In this document: positions 47,501-62,500 of the stretch, piece by piece
Numbering within the stretch: position 1 is the first letter of the stretch
Layout: the number at the start of each line of letters is the position of its first letter
NCBI RefSeq assembly: GCF_964194025.1
Contig: NC_134469.1
Span: forward strand, 23,622,001 to 23,686,000
DNA length: 64,000 nt
Origin: Convolutriloba macropyga
Taxonomy: Eukaryota
Reading direction: 5' to 3'
Made by a program: the position numbers and the translations under genes
Notes under the pieces: model-generated
Told to the model about the DNA's origin: nothing
Databases searched by the model: none
The model's input: only the letters and a program-made list of their open reading frames with translations

Positions 47501-50020
47501 GTGTCATCAGAACTGCCAAGCGAAAATTCTATGTAGGGAACTCCCTCAGGACATTTTAAGCCCCTTAAGAAGCAAATGAAACCCTACAAAAATCTCAAAA
47601 TCTACCATGAAATCTCAAAATATCCTCGCAAAGTGGATAATGAATAACGAAACAGATAACAATCGACCAAGAAGTCAAAACATTCAAAGCTGAACCACAA
47701 TCTTCCTGAATCTTTGAACATGATTAGATTTAGGACTTACATAGCCTCCTTGGCGGTCGTGGAATTAAGCAAGAAATTTTAGCAAAAGTAACTAAAAGAA
47801 AAGAGTTAATCTTTGTCTTGGCATTTGATATATCTTTTGTTCGACCAATTGGAGAATTAATCAGTCTTCACGATACGAATGCGGGTTCTGCTTTGAAGCA
47901 TTAGAGCAGCCAGGGAGCAAGCTTTGGAAAAACAATTATCAACAAATTACACAAAACTTTTCAGTGTTTTATTCTCTGAATTGAGAGAAATAAGAACACT
48001 GTTAATAAACCAACTCTATTTCAAAAACAGATGCACAAATTTGAGAACTAATAAAATTACAGGTGAGTTCCGTCCAAGAAACCTTGACTAACGTGGCCTA
48101 ACTGCAGAAAGAAGCAACGTTAAAGCTGACCTATGCAACAGTAAAATGTTGTCTAGCACCTAAAAGGCATCTGACAAAACAGATCATTAAGGGGCTATTT
48201 ACGGAGTTCACCTCAGGAAGCAGATACTGAGAGAAAATTGGTAAAATCTATGATTGGACAAATTTGTGAACAGTGCTATTACGGCTAGAGTCAGTAAAAA
48301 GTAAACAACAAGTGTTTGTCGCCAACAGAGTAGCCCTAGTTCTGAAAAACTTTTCAATGGGTCAATTTAGACTTGATATATGTATCGAAAACCCAACGAA
48401 TAATGGCACCAAAGGAATTTCTATTGGAGAATTTAAGTAATCTCTGTGGTTCAAGTTGCAGGCATTGCTCCAGATAGTTGAAGAGAGTCGTGGTTCTACG
48501 TGACCGATATCAAAGTGGGACGAGCTAAATGTAATGTTGCAACAGTAGTTAGATAGGGTCAAGCAGCTTAATGGACACAATAAAAAAGATTGAACAAAAA
48601 TTTTTTTGCCTGCCGTATCAGTTTCAAGACAAAGAAAAGGGTGACCCCAAAAACAAACAAAAGATCCGTAAAAATATTAATTAACTGCAAAAACAAGAAC
48701 TTCATTTTCTTTCGTATCAAGCAGGAGACAATAAGGGGGGTAACCTCAAAGCAGAAGAGATTCAACAAGCTGATTAAAGTCAACAAAAGGCAGCGGGCGG
48801 TCACAATTCAAAGAAGAAGATGGAACAATTCAAGTTAATGGTCAGGTGAGGCTTTCGAATCTCGATTAACACGCAAAACGCCCATTTTTTATTACGGTGA
48901 ATATTTCAGTGGTAAACAGTCTTTTGGAGAGAGCACATAATGCCAACATCCATGATGGCACAGAATATGTGAGAAACATTCTTAAACAAGGATTCTAAAT
49001 CATTGGATTGCAAAATGCAGTAGTGAAGTTATGTCGATAATAATCAATTGCATACACAGGGATGCCAAACCAGTTCACTCACACTTCGCGGACGCTACCC
49101 AAAGGCATGTTGATGGACGTTTACTCCCATTCACAAATACCAGAGTTAAATAAATTCGGACCCAATTAATCAAGTTTTTACGGCGTTCTCTGAAATGATG
49201 ATGCTGCCTCTTCACTTGTCTAACGGCCAGGCAGTAAACTTTCACGTAGTACAGTTTTTGGACAAAAAATCTTGTTCAGCTTCAGCTGCAAGATTCATCC
49301 TTACCCGAAAATTTTCATCAGTGAAAACGGCACGAACTGCGTTGGTGCAGCCAAGGAACTGCAAGCTTTAATGAACGAATGGGACAGCAATTAATCGCAA
49401 CGAGTTATTTGGTTTGATTCGGAAATTGATCCCACCTGGAGAGCCATGCTTTGGTGGAACACAAAAACAACCAATTCCAAAATGCAACAAAGTCATTTTT
49501 GCAACTTTGGATCACCATAGCCTCACCGATTGGGCACTCAGCACATCAATTAGTCTGGTAGAGCGGATCCTCAACGCGTGACAAACGGCAGCTGTAAGCG
49601 ACCATCAAAAACTTCTGACACCGCTCACATCAAATCACTTTTTATTGGAGAGCGAAAATGCAAAAACACCGTCCAGCTAGCGCTATCAAGATTGTAAAAA
49701 ATCCACCAAAAAGTCTCTGACAAATGGTGACTTGATATGAAATGGTGAAATTCTGAATAACTCCCGCAATGGATCCAGAGATCGAACCGGTATATGCAAC
49801 GTGTGGAAAATCTGTAAGAAGGCAAATTTGTATTGCTAGTGGGCGACTCTGATAAACGTTACTAATATGAGGTTAGTCGGATCTTGAAAAATTTCACTGC
49901 AATTAAGATGTTGTGTGATCAGCACAACAAAAGATGGCACATGAAGTGCTTAACAAGCCAGTCATAAAACTGGTGCCAATTTTCTATGATAGTGTTTGAG
50001 ATATCAAAAACAGGGCTGGC
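44560..50020 (+). mobile_element. Heavily decayed BEL/Pao LTR retrotransposon internal region
   Basis: Zinc-knuckle remnants ~46090-46190 (HNKLLH); NKNLLSEPDLL ~47195; FVANRV ~48315; SENGTNCVGAAKEL ~49320; PPGEPCFGG; LTPLTSNHFLL; KPVIKLVPI ~49955. Confidence 0.82.
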
Positions 50021-52649
50021 AAGTTTGAGACAACTTCTAACCAGCAGCATGAATCATCGGAAAGCATTAAATGACTCTTAGAATTTAAAGAGCATAGATT
50101 TAGCGAAAACACAAACTTTCTAAAATTTTTTCAAAAAAGTGTATATTGGGACGAAAAACCAGTTAACCCCTTTTTTGAAATAAAAACCCTGAGAATCCAA
50201 AGATCTTAGCAATTGGTTAAGGTAAACCCTAAACCATCTATTAAAACAAAGATCATTAATGCATTTCACCTACAAGTGTGGCTATTAACACTTTTTTGGT
50301 GCAAATATGCTTCTTTATTACACTTTCCGGTTCTTGCTAAAGTTCTTAAAATATTATATGTGTGAACTCTTAGTTATTTATTCACAATCATATTCAATAA
50401 TTTTTAGACATATGGTACTTACAAATCATCCTTGCCTATGCTGGAAATCGCAATTAAAGCAACAACTTGAAATTTACTGTGTACTTATTGGCCTAAATCA
50501 CTCAATCTACTAACCAATCAGAAACGAGTAACAATTATGTCATAAATGATATTGAACTGATATTTACTTTAACCGAACTGTTAAAGTGTTGCAACAATTT
50601 TTCTTTTAGAACAATTAGGAGCCGTTACAAGGTGCAGTTGGTTCTCACTTTGATTATGATTCAGTTATTAATCAAACTGTTTTTCTGGTTTAGTTTTGCT
50701 AGATCTTTAAATCGGCAAAATTTGTGAGATTGTTTTGACGCGATCAAATTGTTTCAAATTTAATCATCTAAGAAATACTTTTAACAATTTTGACAAGGCT
50801 GACAACAGACTTGTGCCAGTAAACTTGTTTCAGATAGAAACTCAGATAACGACAAGAAAACACTATTCACAGGAACCGCACTAAAAACATGCAGAAAAAA
50901 CAATATAGTAATATTTTCTGCAAAGTGTTCTTAAAAATTAAAGGTGCTTATGAAAAACACCGTTTTATGAAAAAAGTAAATTACTTGCTCCATATTGTTG
51001 ACACTTACTTCATTTTGTCCAAAGTGACCTGGTGGAAATTTGGAGCGGTTGATCAGAAAAAAAAATAATTTTTTATTCAAGACGATAAACTGACCATGAC
51101 TCGAATTCGCTCCTATTAACGCGAGCTACCACACAAAAATTCGGCGAAACGCGCTTTTGTTTCGACCCTGCTGGACTATGCTAAGCTTTGCAACTATAGA
51201 TTGAAAGTGGGACAATAAGAAAATGTGCAATGATTATCTGAACGTGTGCTCAATACGAAAAGTGGCCATGATCAGACGGTAGGACTAAAAAAATGACATG
51301 ATTTCAAATTGGGCGCTTATGTGCTAAATAGAGTGAAATTGTTCAAAGTTTCGCAATTTAAGACAAATGTTTTTCAATGGAAGAGACAGTGGAAGAATGC
51401 GCGGCTCCCAATGCCTGTCTTGGGTCGCGGACTTCATCCTGGGCTGTGATCCGACAATCCAAGCTGTGCGACACTGCACGCTCAACTGGCAAGGTGATCA
51501 GAACGTATATCAGCTTTGTTGTGCAATAAAGTCAAGAAACTTTTTTAACAACCTTCTTCCGCCAAGGAGTCGAAGAGCGGTGGCGACATTTTAAATGAAT
51601 TTAGCAATCAATCTTGTTGATGACCAGGTCATTGTTTGCAGGTTGTGTGATATTTTTATCTCAACCAGATGCTGATCCCATATGCATCACAAATGCAATT
51701 AATCCAGCTGTTCAAAAACAATACCAACGATCATCAAAAAAATTAGACAGTTGGTCATTATAAAATTAAAACTCAAAACCGATTGATTTATTCCATTTAA
51801 ACTCAAACGGGACGGCTCGTGTGAGTCTGAGTTCGCGCAGAAACTTCCAACATAGTCTATGATAGAAAGAAGAAACAGAAATGGATTTAATCCATTGCTG
51901 AGAAAGTTTTATCCAAAAGTGCAAACTAAAAACTATTTGCAATGAATGAATTTTATGACAAAATGGGCAGTACAAACCCACTTGTAAAAGATTTTTTTGA
52001 ACTTCGTTTTTTTTCGATGAGTTAAAGTTAGGTTTAAAGTTTCATCTGCACACGGGATAATTGGTCCAATTTTTGTTCATTTTTACCGGAATTTTTGTTC
52101 GAATTAACATTTTTTCTATGAAAATTTTATATCAAAATCTTACTTCACGCCACAAAATATATCAATTTTGTGTTTTTAATGAAGGAAAGGCGATATAAAG
52201 ACTAGTTGTGGTCCTATAGGGAAGTTTACTATCAAAAAAATTCGAACTCTATTTGAGAGCTCTTTTTTTGGAAAATTTTGCATTATTTTTTTTTGGTTTT
52301 TCAAGTCACCTAGAGACTAGTCACTTTTCATATTGAGGTTCCGTTAATTAAAAACCTCATTTACAATCAAATGGAGCCCAATGAACAAAAATTTAGTTTC
52401 CAAAGAATCGCTCATGTTTTTTTTGGATTCGTTTCTCATTTTTCGTAATTTTTTTTTGAAATTTTGTTTTTTTTTGTGGTTTTACTAAAATTTTGGAATC
52501 CTATGGCATAAATTGGTTGACTAAAAGTGTAATAGGTTTTGTAATGAGCATTAAGTGAACCTATCTAGTGCTTTGAGGGGACAACTAATGACTGTTAAGA
52601 CTTTGAAAATAAATTTTTGAAATCTTTCTTTAATATCAACCAATCATAA

Positions 52650-53470
52650 ACTTTTTTTTGTGAACTGTAAGTCAGTCTCAGTAATTACAGGACCCCCATT
52701 CGTTCCTACTGCAACCAAAATTTATCTCATTAGCGGTTTTATCTTCTAACTATTGGTTATATGACTTCAATGCCACAAGATCTCAATTTTTTTTTAATTT
52801 TTGGACATTTCCAATTATCGGTTCCTTTTGAAATTTTATCCTGTTTTCCTAATATTAATAGCTCTAATTGGCTTAGAAGATATTTTCAATGAATAATAGC
52901 TAAAATTTTCAGACTAAAACTTATGGTTTAAATGGCTTCAACACTTTCTTCTCGAACTTTCCTACAGAATTTTTGGTTTTTGCTTGTAATTGTTGTTTTT
53001 TTTCATAGTCATAAGACATATAGTGATGTCTTGTTAGTTACCTATGCATGAGGAGCATACTTGTTCTCTCATCGAGCAATCACTGAGCAAAGTTGTTGAC
53101 CTCCGTTGAAATCTATTGAATTTAATGTCTGTTAAAATTTTTAAAAAAATTTTTTGAAAAAATTTTTTGAACATTAATTAATCTTTCACTTATTTTTGTG
53201 AACTGTAAGCTAGTCTCAAAAATAAGAGAACGCCTTTTATTTCTACTTCAACAAAAATTTATCTAGTTAGCGGCTTTGTGTTCTAAGTATTGGTTTTTTT
53301 GACTTCGGTACACGAGTTTTCAAATTTTTTATAATAACTTTCGGATACTATGTTTCGTAATTTTGATTACTTTTGAGATCTTATCAAAGTTTCCTATTAT
53401 TCATAGTTCCCATTGGCTTAGAAAAGACGTTCAATGGATCATAGATATTTTTTCAGAGAAAAGTTTATGG
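52650..53470. repeat. Diverged direct duplication (~280 bp, spaced ~540 bp)
   Basis: TTTTTGTGAACTGTAAG...AAAATTTATCT...TTAGCGG...TTGGCTTAGAA...TTATGGTTT at ~52655-52930 and ~53193-53472. Confidence 0.75.
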
Positions 53471-53653
53471 TTTGGTGGACAATATGGGTTTTCATTTTGT
53501 GAGTGATTTATTTGTGTATCTTTTTCTCTTCTTTCAGCACATTCAGATAATAACAGAACCCAATTATTTTCAAATGTGGCCCAATTGAACTTATTTATTC
53601 TTTCAGGATAAATTGAGCTGAATAAAGATATAAAAAAACTGATATAAAAAAAC

Positions 53654-53814
53654 GGATCTATTCCGTTTAGGCCCTCCCAAGTGTTTTTATGACCTCCAAT
53701 TACAAATTATATGTTGTCATATAGCACTTTACTATGTAAAAAATAGCACGTGCACCTTAGCGTCATAAAAGACTTATTCTAACTAGGCTGGGTGGGCCGA
53801 AACAGAATAGATCC
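53654..53814. mobile_element. 161-bp MITE with GG...CC termini and an 8-bp TSD (Merlin-like)
   Basis: TIR GGATCTATTCCGTTTAGGCCC / GGGCCGAAACAGAATAGATCC; TSD AAAAAAAC / AAAAATAC. Confidence 0.78.
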
Positions 53815-54931
53815 AAAAATACCTAATTTTCAGATAATAGCTAATGATTTTAATGGCTTCAATAATTTGTGTTTTGCAAATTGTTCGTATTTTTTTGGGA
53901 TTTTCTGTCCGTTCATATGGCTTAGTCTGAACCAAAGAGAGGTCTCATTGGTTTTATAATAACCTTTTGTAAATTTATCAAGATTTTTTGTTAGAAGCTA
54001 AAAATTTTTTAGACTTTTGAAATTATTGCGTTTAAAAAGTGTTGATTCACTTTTGATTTGAACCTCATTTTTTTCTTTTTGTCGACTTGTTACCTATTTT
54101 CATTAAAGAAAACATGCAGCTGCTGTAGGGTTAGGTGAAAACTTTTTGGTAAAGTTTTATCTGATTGCATTTTGACGTTTTTACTAGGTGTTTTGAAATT
54201 TAGATATAAGGGTTTCTGCCGTGAAATTTTTGGATTTGCTTATTTTTTTCTTTGTTGTTTTTTCTCGTAGTTATTTTAATGGCAGATCTGGTGAGCGTTG
54301 TAACAACGCATGCCATTATGTAATCATTTAGTAGTTTGGTTGTAAAACGACTTTTTAGACTCAAATATCTATTTTTGTTATCTCTTCCTTTGGTTGACAA
54401 TTAAGTCAAAAATGTAGATGAACTCGAGTCGGAACATCAATTGCGAACGCATATTAACGAGCCGCCATGTGCTCGTATATGCTTTCTCTGCAACTTACTC
54501 TGAAGCAGCCATCATAGGATTATTAAAGCGTGCGTATCGACTCATTAGCAATCTATCTCATTTGGGTTCAAACTGCTGATTCTATTTTAGCTGAAGTCGT
54601 TGAAAATAGTGAGAAAACATCTTACAGAAAGAACAGAATATCAAAAAAAGAATACAATCCAAATTTGCCTAATTATATTAAAAGGAGCGCAATCGAAACA
54701 GACTGGATTGATGACGCGTCTACAAAATTTTTTTTCAGTTGTAAACACAATTTTGGTCGTTGGTGATATTGGAAATCATTGTGGTGGTTTTGTGTTTGTG
54801 TGAGAGTGCGTTGTGATTTCACTTTGACACGTTATGATCTTTCAATTGGTACGACTCTTATTTTTCAGAATGCATAGAAAAGTTCTAGATTTGTCTGTCG
54901 AAAAATTATATTTCACAAGTTTCTTCACAAG

Positions 54932-55663
54932 TTGAGGTGCCGGACCGAAACTGGTATGTCCATACCGTCCCAGACGGAAATATGTTGTCCAGACTTTTGT
55001 GGGTTCGCCAGACTTTCATGCGTTCACCAGACTTTCGTGCCTTCATGTCCAGGCTTTAGTGCGTTCACCAGACTTTCGTGCCTTCACAACGCTTTGGGCG
55101 TCCATTTCCAGACTTTTGTGCGTTCAAAGTCCGAAAAACTGCATTAGCACATACTCGAAAAACTGCTTACATACTTGAAATTAACATATTTTATGCATTT
55201 TATGTGTACATCCTCAAAATCATTAACTGGTTGAAAATGTTTTGAAAATGTTTTCCGCAAATTAAAAAAATCCTTGCAAAAAATCTTTTGGCTATATATG
55301 ACAAACAATGGCCTGTAGGGTATGAATTTATTTTTTTAAATCTACAGCTACAGTCTGTAACACAAGAAATAAAAGTTTTAAACATAGCGCAAAAGACTGA
55401 GTCCAACTCTTTTCGCTTTCGACATATTGCTATTTATTTTGAATTCATGTGAGTTTCGTCACTGAGCTTTGAAGGCTACGTGAGTGGGTACTCTGGACTA
55501 AGAGTGCTATAAGTCGTCTGATAGATATTAGTCATCTTAACAAGGCTGAAAAAATTAGTGCCTTCGTGTCCAGACTTTTGTGCGTTCATGTTCAGACTTT
55601 CATGCGTTTTTTGATGTTGCCAGACTTCGGTCTGAACATGCTAGATTCCGTCTGGGACCTCAA
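54932..55663. mobile_element. Non-autonomous DNA element with imperfect TIRs and ~20-bp subterminal repeats
   Basis: TTGAGGTGCCGGACCGAAACTGGTATGT vs complement of ACATGCTAGATTCCGTCTGGGACCTCAA; repeated CCAGACTTT(T/C)GTGCGTTCA at both ends. Confidence 0.7.
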
Positions 55664-58600
55664 GCTGGGTAGATGGTCAATGTGATAAAAACTTGAAACC
55701 ATGATTAGTGGCCAATATTAACAGTAAAATTGTACGCGAATGCTTAATTGGCTGTTCTGTCTATCCAAAGCTGATAAGCTTTTTATTTTATAGAAAAAAT
55801 TGGGCCCTGGGTGTTCTGAGGTAATTTATTTTTCATCAGTGGTTGAAGAAATGGTCTCACGATGCTCTGAAATATAGAAACCAAACATTTCCTTAAATTG
55901 CTTGGTATTTTAGATCACAGATCTGTTCGAATGTTTGCGTTCTTTTTGACGTTCCTAAATGTCTGAAGCAAGCGAGCTCCTTACTGGTGGAAACACAATT
56001 CCATGGTAGCACGCTGTATTCCCTTTATAGATTTGAACAAACAATGGATCTAAAATTTAATCACGTGACAAAAAGACGGATGCATTTCTTCATACTTCAC
56101 TCTGACATCCTTCTTATGTATTCTTAAAACGCGTACTGTGTCACAAAATAACGTATTATTATTATCCCTTTGAAATAAAACTTGGTTACTGTTTTTTTGA
56201 TGGAGCAGTTATGAGGTATATTATTAAGCGAGAAGAAGTAGCCAACAGGGAGTTTAACCGGCAACAACAAAAGATAAATTAAGCCGACATAAATCGGCCG
56301 CGCACCAGTTGTAATGATTTGCCGAATCAGTGATTTTTTAACTAGATTTGTGGACCAATAAGATTTAAGCTAGAGACTAGTTTTCTTATTTCTTCCCCGA
56401 CGGCTAAACGCCCGGTGAGCCAAATGTTCCTAAAACCAAATTGGTCGTAAAAACCCATTGAAAAATATTTTGCTAGTTGTATTTGTAATAACTTCTTTAA
56501 ACAATGGTAACTGTCAATGAATATAAAAAATTTAATATACATTTCCCCCTAGGAGCATCTCTGAAGGCCATCAGGCTGCCATGAAACCTTTTTCTAGTCG
56601 GGGACTTTTTTGTTCAATTAATTTATTTGTCTCCTTTTTCCTGATGCAATTAGGGATATTTTCCGTCGGTGCCCCCTCCCCGATCTGCAATTAGAATTCA
56701 ACAGCCCAGACCCTAATTCCTTAGTATGTCAGTTGCGATCCGTCATGTCTCAATATTTGATATAGTGAAAAATGACATGATCAGAGTATAGCAACAATAA
56801 AATACAGAATTGACATATGTTAGCGTGATCCGGAAAGCTATTCAAATTAAACTGTCGGGTAATTTTTTATCAGGTTTCGTGGCCGAAACTGAAGATCATT
56901 GTATTACTTTTGTAATATTATAATCATTTCTTTTCAGCTACTTCACTGTTTTATATTACGTTACTGTAGTTTTCATAATTTATCTCTGAAAATTTCAATC
57001 AGTCAATAGTCGGAACAAATTGAAGATTAGTTTGAATTTAATCATTTTCTGCCATGAATTCTCTCTTTCATCATTCTTTCTTTCCAATGCTTGAAGACAT
57101 CCTTTTGTCTTTTTTTGGTTTGTTTTTATAACCGGTTTTGCGTTTCAAAGCTATCATGTCTTTTGAAAAAGGGGATTACAATTTTATTAGACCTGAAAGA
57201 ATCTAGCTTTGTTTATCACTGTACTCTTCTCGCAAAAATACCATACATTTTGCTTTGCATGTTTGTATGTTTATGTGTGCTCTTACCACGGACACTGAAG
57301 TCCACAATAAAGCGCTTTAGCAAAACGTTTTTACGTATGCAAAATTTTTCAATTACATTTTAACTATTTATTACTATGTTTGAATCTTTACAACAGACAC
57401 GCCATATTATACAGCACAGTATAAATATAATAGCCAGAGGTCAACAAAATTCATCTTGCTCTGTAGGAGTCAAAATTAATTTTTAAATGATGCCAATTTT
57501 TTTTAAAATTTGCTGCGGTTATAATAAAACATAATCTTTACCAATAGCGAATGTCTGATACCGACTAATACAATAATCTCGGAGAAAAGCTTAGTACATA
57601 TCATTTATCACAGCCAGGTATCAAAAGGCACGATATTAATTTGATTGGTAGTTAATTTGAATTATTGTTCATCGACTGTTTGAAGTTTATGCTTTCAATT
57701 ATGTAATACGTAAGCAATTTTTATTCAGAGAGTACACTATAGTACTAAGATGGTACTGCATATTATGATGGTACAGTTTTTACTCTCAGTGTTACCTAAT
57801 TATAATTAGCCAAGGACCCAGAAACAACTTCATAATATGGCTGCTACAGTAAGTAAAACATCTCTATAATACGCTTTGTTGATAATCTTCATCGACACAT
57901 AATTTGTTCTAGTTAATTTTTTGTCCTCGCTTCCCATATATGAGGCAAAGTACAACGATATAAGTTTTTCTTCTCCGCATCATAATACAAATAAAACTTA
58001 TTTGTTTTAGTCTGGTTAGTTTTGTCTTCATTGTTTTGACATATATCAAAGAGCGCTTAATTTTAGTTGCACACGGCATTTTTTTCTTGAAGAAGGACAT
58101 AAAAATATTGTTCAGACCAAAGTTTATCTTGGAACAAATTATTTGTCAGCTCATCTTTACCAATTCTACCAATAATAAATAGTTTGGCACAAATTATATC
58201 TGATACCGATTGAAACCTATCAATGGAATTTTGATTTAATGGTCACATACAAGAATTCACAAATATGGTTTTGGTAAGCACAGCTAACTTGAAAAATTCA
58301 GATTTTATTGAAATAACTATTGCATCATTCTTATAATAGAAATTTTGTTTTTGTATCAGAATTTTTTCAGTTCACAATTATTGAAAAAAAAGTTATTTTT
58401 CATATTTCTTTTCCACTTAAGTTGATAGACTTCATAAGCACCAGTCATTGTTTTTAGAAGAGGTTTGATAGGTCAAACAGAAAATTTTTTTAAAATTAAC
58501 TGTTGAAAATTTAAACCCGCCGCTTTAGAAAAATGCATTTTTTAAAATAAACAATAGAATGCATTTAAAAATAACAAGCAATAGAGAACCACGCATTATT

Positions 58601-59098
58601 AGTTATTTAATTTGATGAAAATTTGTTTTAGATTTGGAAAATTCATTATGTTTCTTTGACATCTTGTTTAATTTAACTCAAAATAATTTTTGAACAACTC
58701 CTTCAATATTATCCTTGACCTTTGTCATATAATAATTTATTCGAGTTCTTTTTTTGTAGTCATAATAGAGTTCAATGAATACCATTTAGCTTTACCTTCT
58801 AAAACCTAGACCTTTTTCTTGTGTTATTATTACTTGTTCACATAATGTCAACTTCCTTCTTTGTTGGAATGATTGTCTGACTATCTGTTGTTTATGTGTC
58901 TAGTAAATCAGCATTTCATTCTCTTGAGTTTCGCAATTCGCGCTTGTCAAATTGCTGAATTAATAGCAAGTCTTCATAAAACTCCTTTTCAAAGCGATGC
59001 TTGAAAAGCAAATCGTATTTTGCTAGGCATTCTCCGCATTGAAATTTCTCTCGCGCACTCGGAATAGGAAATCAGTACGCAATTCCAGTGACGTACGA

Positions 59099-59275
59099 TA
59101 TGGCGAAGTCAGCAAACACCAAAGGATTATCGCTGGGGGTTGGTGCCTTTTGGGACAAACCAACAACAGATGCCCTCAGAGTGAGAAAGTGGAGGGCGCA
59201 GTACAAACTTGCTCTGTTGGCGAAAAAAAACATTATATCGGATACTTTGCTTGGCCCACAACCAATTTTTGAAAA
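59099..59275 (+). pseudogene. Short remnant resembling a Gypsy gag N-terminus
   Basis: AFWDKPT...KWRAQYKLALLAK pattern (xWxxWxxxF/Y of retrotransposon capsid N-termini). Confidence 0.45.
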
Positions 59276-59892
59276 ATTCAATAGAGACGACAAAAACACG
59301 CTTTAATGATACACTTTTTTATTTAGTTTTTAGAAAACAAGACGCAAAAGCCAACGTTTTCCAGTCCCTTTAACCGTTCTAATGCTGCTGCTAAACCGCT
59401 AAATGCTGGCTTTGCGAAATTCAGGGTTTGAATGAAAATGGCTCTTCTGTGTTACATTAGCAGTTCCTTCTTTAATTGCTCGGAAATCTGCTCATGCGTT
59501 TGAGTCCATATATTTTTCTGGGACTTTTTTTAAAATTGGGTCATAAGGATTGATGTATTTTCGCTGACTCGGAAACAAATTTTGCGAGATGATATACATA
59601 TTCTAAGTTGATTGACGATGCTTTGATGTTTCTGGCAAAATCAAGGCTAGAATCAGAGCTCCTTTTGAAATACCTGGTTTTGAATTCTTACTTCAGTAAA
59701 ACTAGATGCCCAAAGTGCATCATTTTTTGCGCCGTGGCCTTTTGATCTACCAATTTGCGATTGTCTTCTTGACTTTCTCGACTCAGTTAATGTAACGTTA
59801 AAAATACAGCCTGAAATAATCAGGCCACTTAGTATCTAGTCCATGGTTTTTGGAATCTGGCACACATATCACTTTGACCATAAAGGCCCACT

Positions 59893-62500
59893 ACAAGGCG
59901 GCTCAGCAATGTGCGATGGCACATAAAATTTCGACCCCGCCCATCCACAATTTTGGCATAATTGTCTACCAAATGAGGAACAGATAGAAAACCCAAAATT
60001 TATTTTTTGGGAATACAAAAAACCCAAAAAGCACAAGTAATCAAAAAAATTGTGTATGAACGATAAGATAGCCTCCAAAGCAAATAACCTAGCGGAGTAA
60101 AATTGAAGCATTAAATTGCTATGATATGCCAATATTAAGAAAGCGAGTCAAGACGAACAGCAAAATCAACAACAACAAACAATAATTACATCAAAAACTT
60201 TTTGTCCGTTTTAAAAAACAAAATTTATTAACAAAATCAACATACCGTCAGATGAACCTAAAACTAAACAAAAAACTTAGGAATCACCAGAAAAGATATG
60301 CACCAGTCCATAAAAAGGTTTGGTAACAATTAGACAAAAAAGAACAAAAACAGTGAAGTTAAAAAAAAATTGATTTTTTTTAAACAATTAACTTGAAAGT
60401 AATTAAAACCATTAGAAATCAAGCATAATATCCCAAAGTTTTACAATTGCCAATGCTTCTATAGAAGGGCATCAGGAACTGTCCTTATTCATTTCTTTAA
60501 GCGGCTAAAAAGAACAACAAAAAACAACAAACAAAAATTCAATTGAAACTTACCAGAAATCGCTGTCAAAACCGTCAAGCCAAATTTCGGCCCTCAAAAT
60601 ATATTCGTTTGCGTCTTCTTCAAACACCAATAACGCAGTATTTGGCCATTTATTAGTGAGACTAGGTAACAGTAGACAAGAAAGAGAAAAGGGCAAAAAT
60701 TTGTAATAAATTTTTTTTCCGAAACAAAATTATGCCCAAGGTCATGAAAAACATTAATTAAAAATGAAACAATTCAACAGGGTCGTTTATTCATCCAAAG
60801 GAATTCTCTGAGACTTGCAATTATACAGAATCTCTCGTGCGTCTAAAAAAGAAGGACAAACATGACAAAAATCAAATTAGTTTTTTTTTTACAAAACCGG
60901 TGTCGAAGTCAGTAACGTCATAACGCATTCTTTAAAAAACAGATTTTGGGATATCAATCCCTTTTGACACCTTCCTTTGACACCCATAATGTCATATTTG
61001 ACCTGTAATTAACGAGATTAGGTACCAAAAGAAAAATAAAAAGAACAAACTTGCGAAGTTAAAAAATTTTTTATTTTTAGTTTTGGAAAACGATTGTTTT
61101 CCAAGTCATGAAAGGCATCAGCTATCTACTAATATCAGAATAATGCCTGGTCTATTCTTCCATAAAAAGCCATTGGAACCTATCACTATACAGGAAATTT
61201 CATACAACTGAAATGACAAAGTAAAAAAGACAGTTGAAAACAAAAATAAAAAATTGACTTAATTTCTTGAAGAAAGAAGTGTCGAGGCCGTTAAAAAGAT
61301 GATCTATATCTATAATGATTTTAATATGTTCAATTGTTTTTCGTTTTGAACGCTAGCAATGTGACATAAGAACTGTCAGTAATGTGATAATGTGACTGGA
61401 AAACCTGAAAAACTCGCAAATTTCTGAAAACAAAAAATATGAAATCTAGTAGTATCAAAGCCAGAAAACAATAACTTTAGGCTTAAAAACGCAACCGAGA
61501 CCAGGTCTCAATTCATTAGAATGAAGAAGCATTCTTTCTTTGCTAACACTAAGCAGCAAGTTGACCAAATTAAGAAAAAAATGGAGGAAAATGTCATTAA
61601 GCCATTATTTATTTAAAAATCAATTATTTTTAAAAGTTGAAACAATCCTAAACTTTCAAGTAAACAACTAAATGCATTAGTTTGGAGCTGTTTAGGAAGC
61701 CAATTGGTCCTATCACTCCTGAGCTTTCATTTGATATGTTCTGTTCTTTATAATTAAAAAAAGGTCTTTTTTCAAAAAAAGACCGACTGATTGCAATCCG
61801 AATTCTTTTTGGATTGTAAGAGTCAAAGAATGACCAAACATTAGCCCTGCTAATGCTTATTGTCCGTTAGGAACTATTGATTTTTCGAATTTTGTAGATA
61901 TAGATAATTTGTTAGTTAAAAACTCAAAAAAAAATTCTGCATTTTTCATAAAATACGAGTAAAGCTAGCAAAAAACGGCAAAGTTTGAATTACAGAGTAC
62001 TCCCAGCGGAAGTTGAAGTGGGATTAGCCCCCTTGTGAGTCTACAAAGATTGTGTTAGTGTTGTTTTGGGGTGTAGTGCCGGCAACTTTTATCAAAGTGG
62101 ATTAAAGTAGCTTATTTCGTGCTGTTTTTGATGAAAAAGGCAGAATTTTGAAATGTTTATGAAATTTTGAAATGTTTATTTTGAAATGTTTTACCAAAAA
62201 ACTCAATCAGAATAATCAACAGGGCTTGTTTGTCCTTAAAAATAAAATTTACGAAACTATTCTTAAAAATTTCATCAAATTTTAGCAAAATTGACGAAAA
62301 ATTAGGCAAAAATTTCGGAAAATGTGAATAAAACAACGTGAATTCACTCTACTTTTTTCAAAAGTTTAAACCTCGATAACTCAGTGTAGAAAACTAATAT
62401 TAAAAAAATCTTTTTAATTCCATATTCTACGCTGGACGAGCTTTCTAATGGTACCAGTCTCAACTCTCTACGATGAATATATCGATCGGCGAAAATTGAC
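59893..62500 (+). mobile_element. Second diverged copy of the 4896-7390 repeat; lacks the 3' hairpin end and runs into other repetitive sequence
   Basis: Colinear from GCTC.G.AATGTGCGAT.GCACATAA to ACCAGTCTCAACTCTCTAC.ATGAATATATCGATCGGC. Confidence 0.88.

Noticed and set aside
51300-51720. GC-richer patch possibly an exon or decayed F-box start on the minus strand
   Set aside because: Stops and frameshifts in all plausible frames; similarity too weak to support
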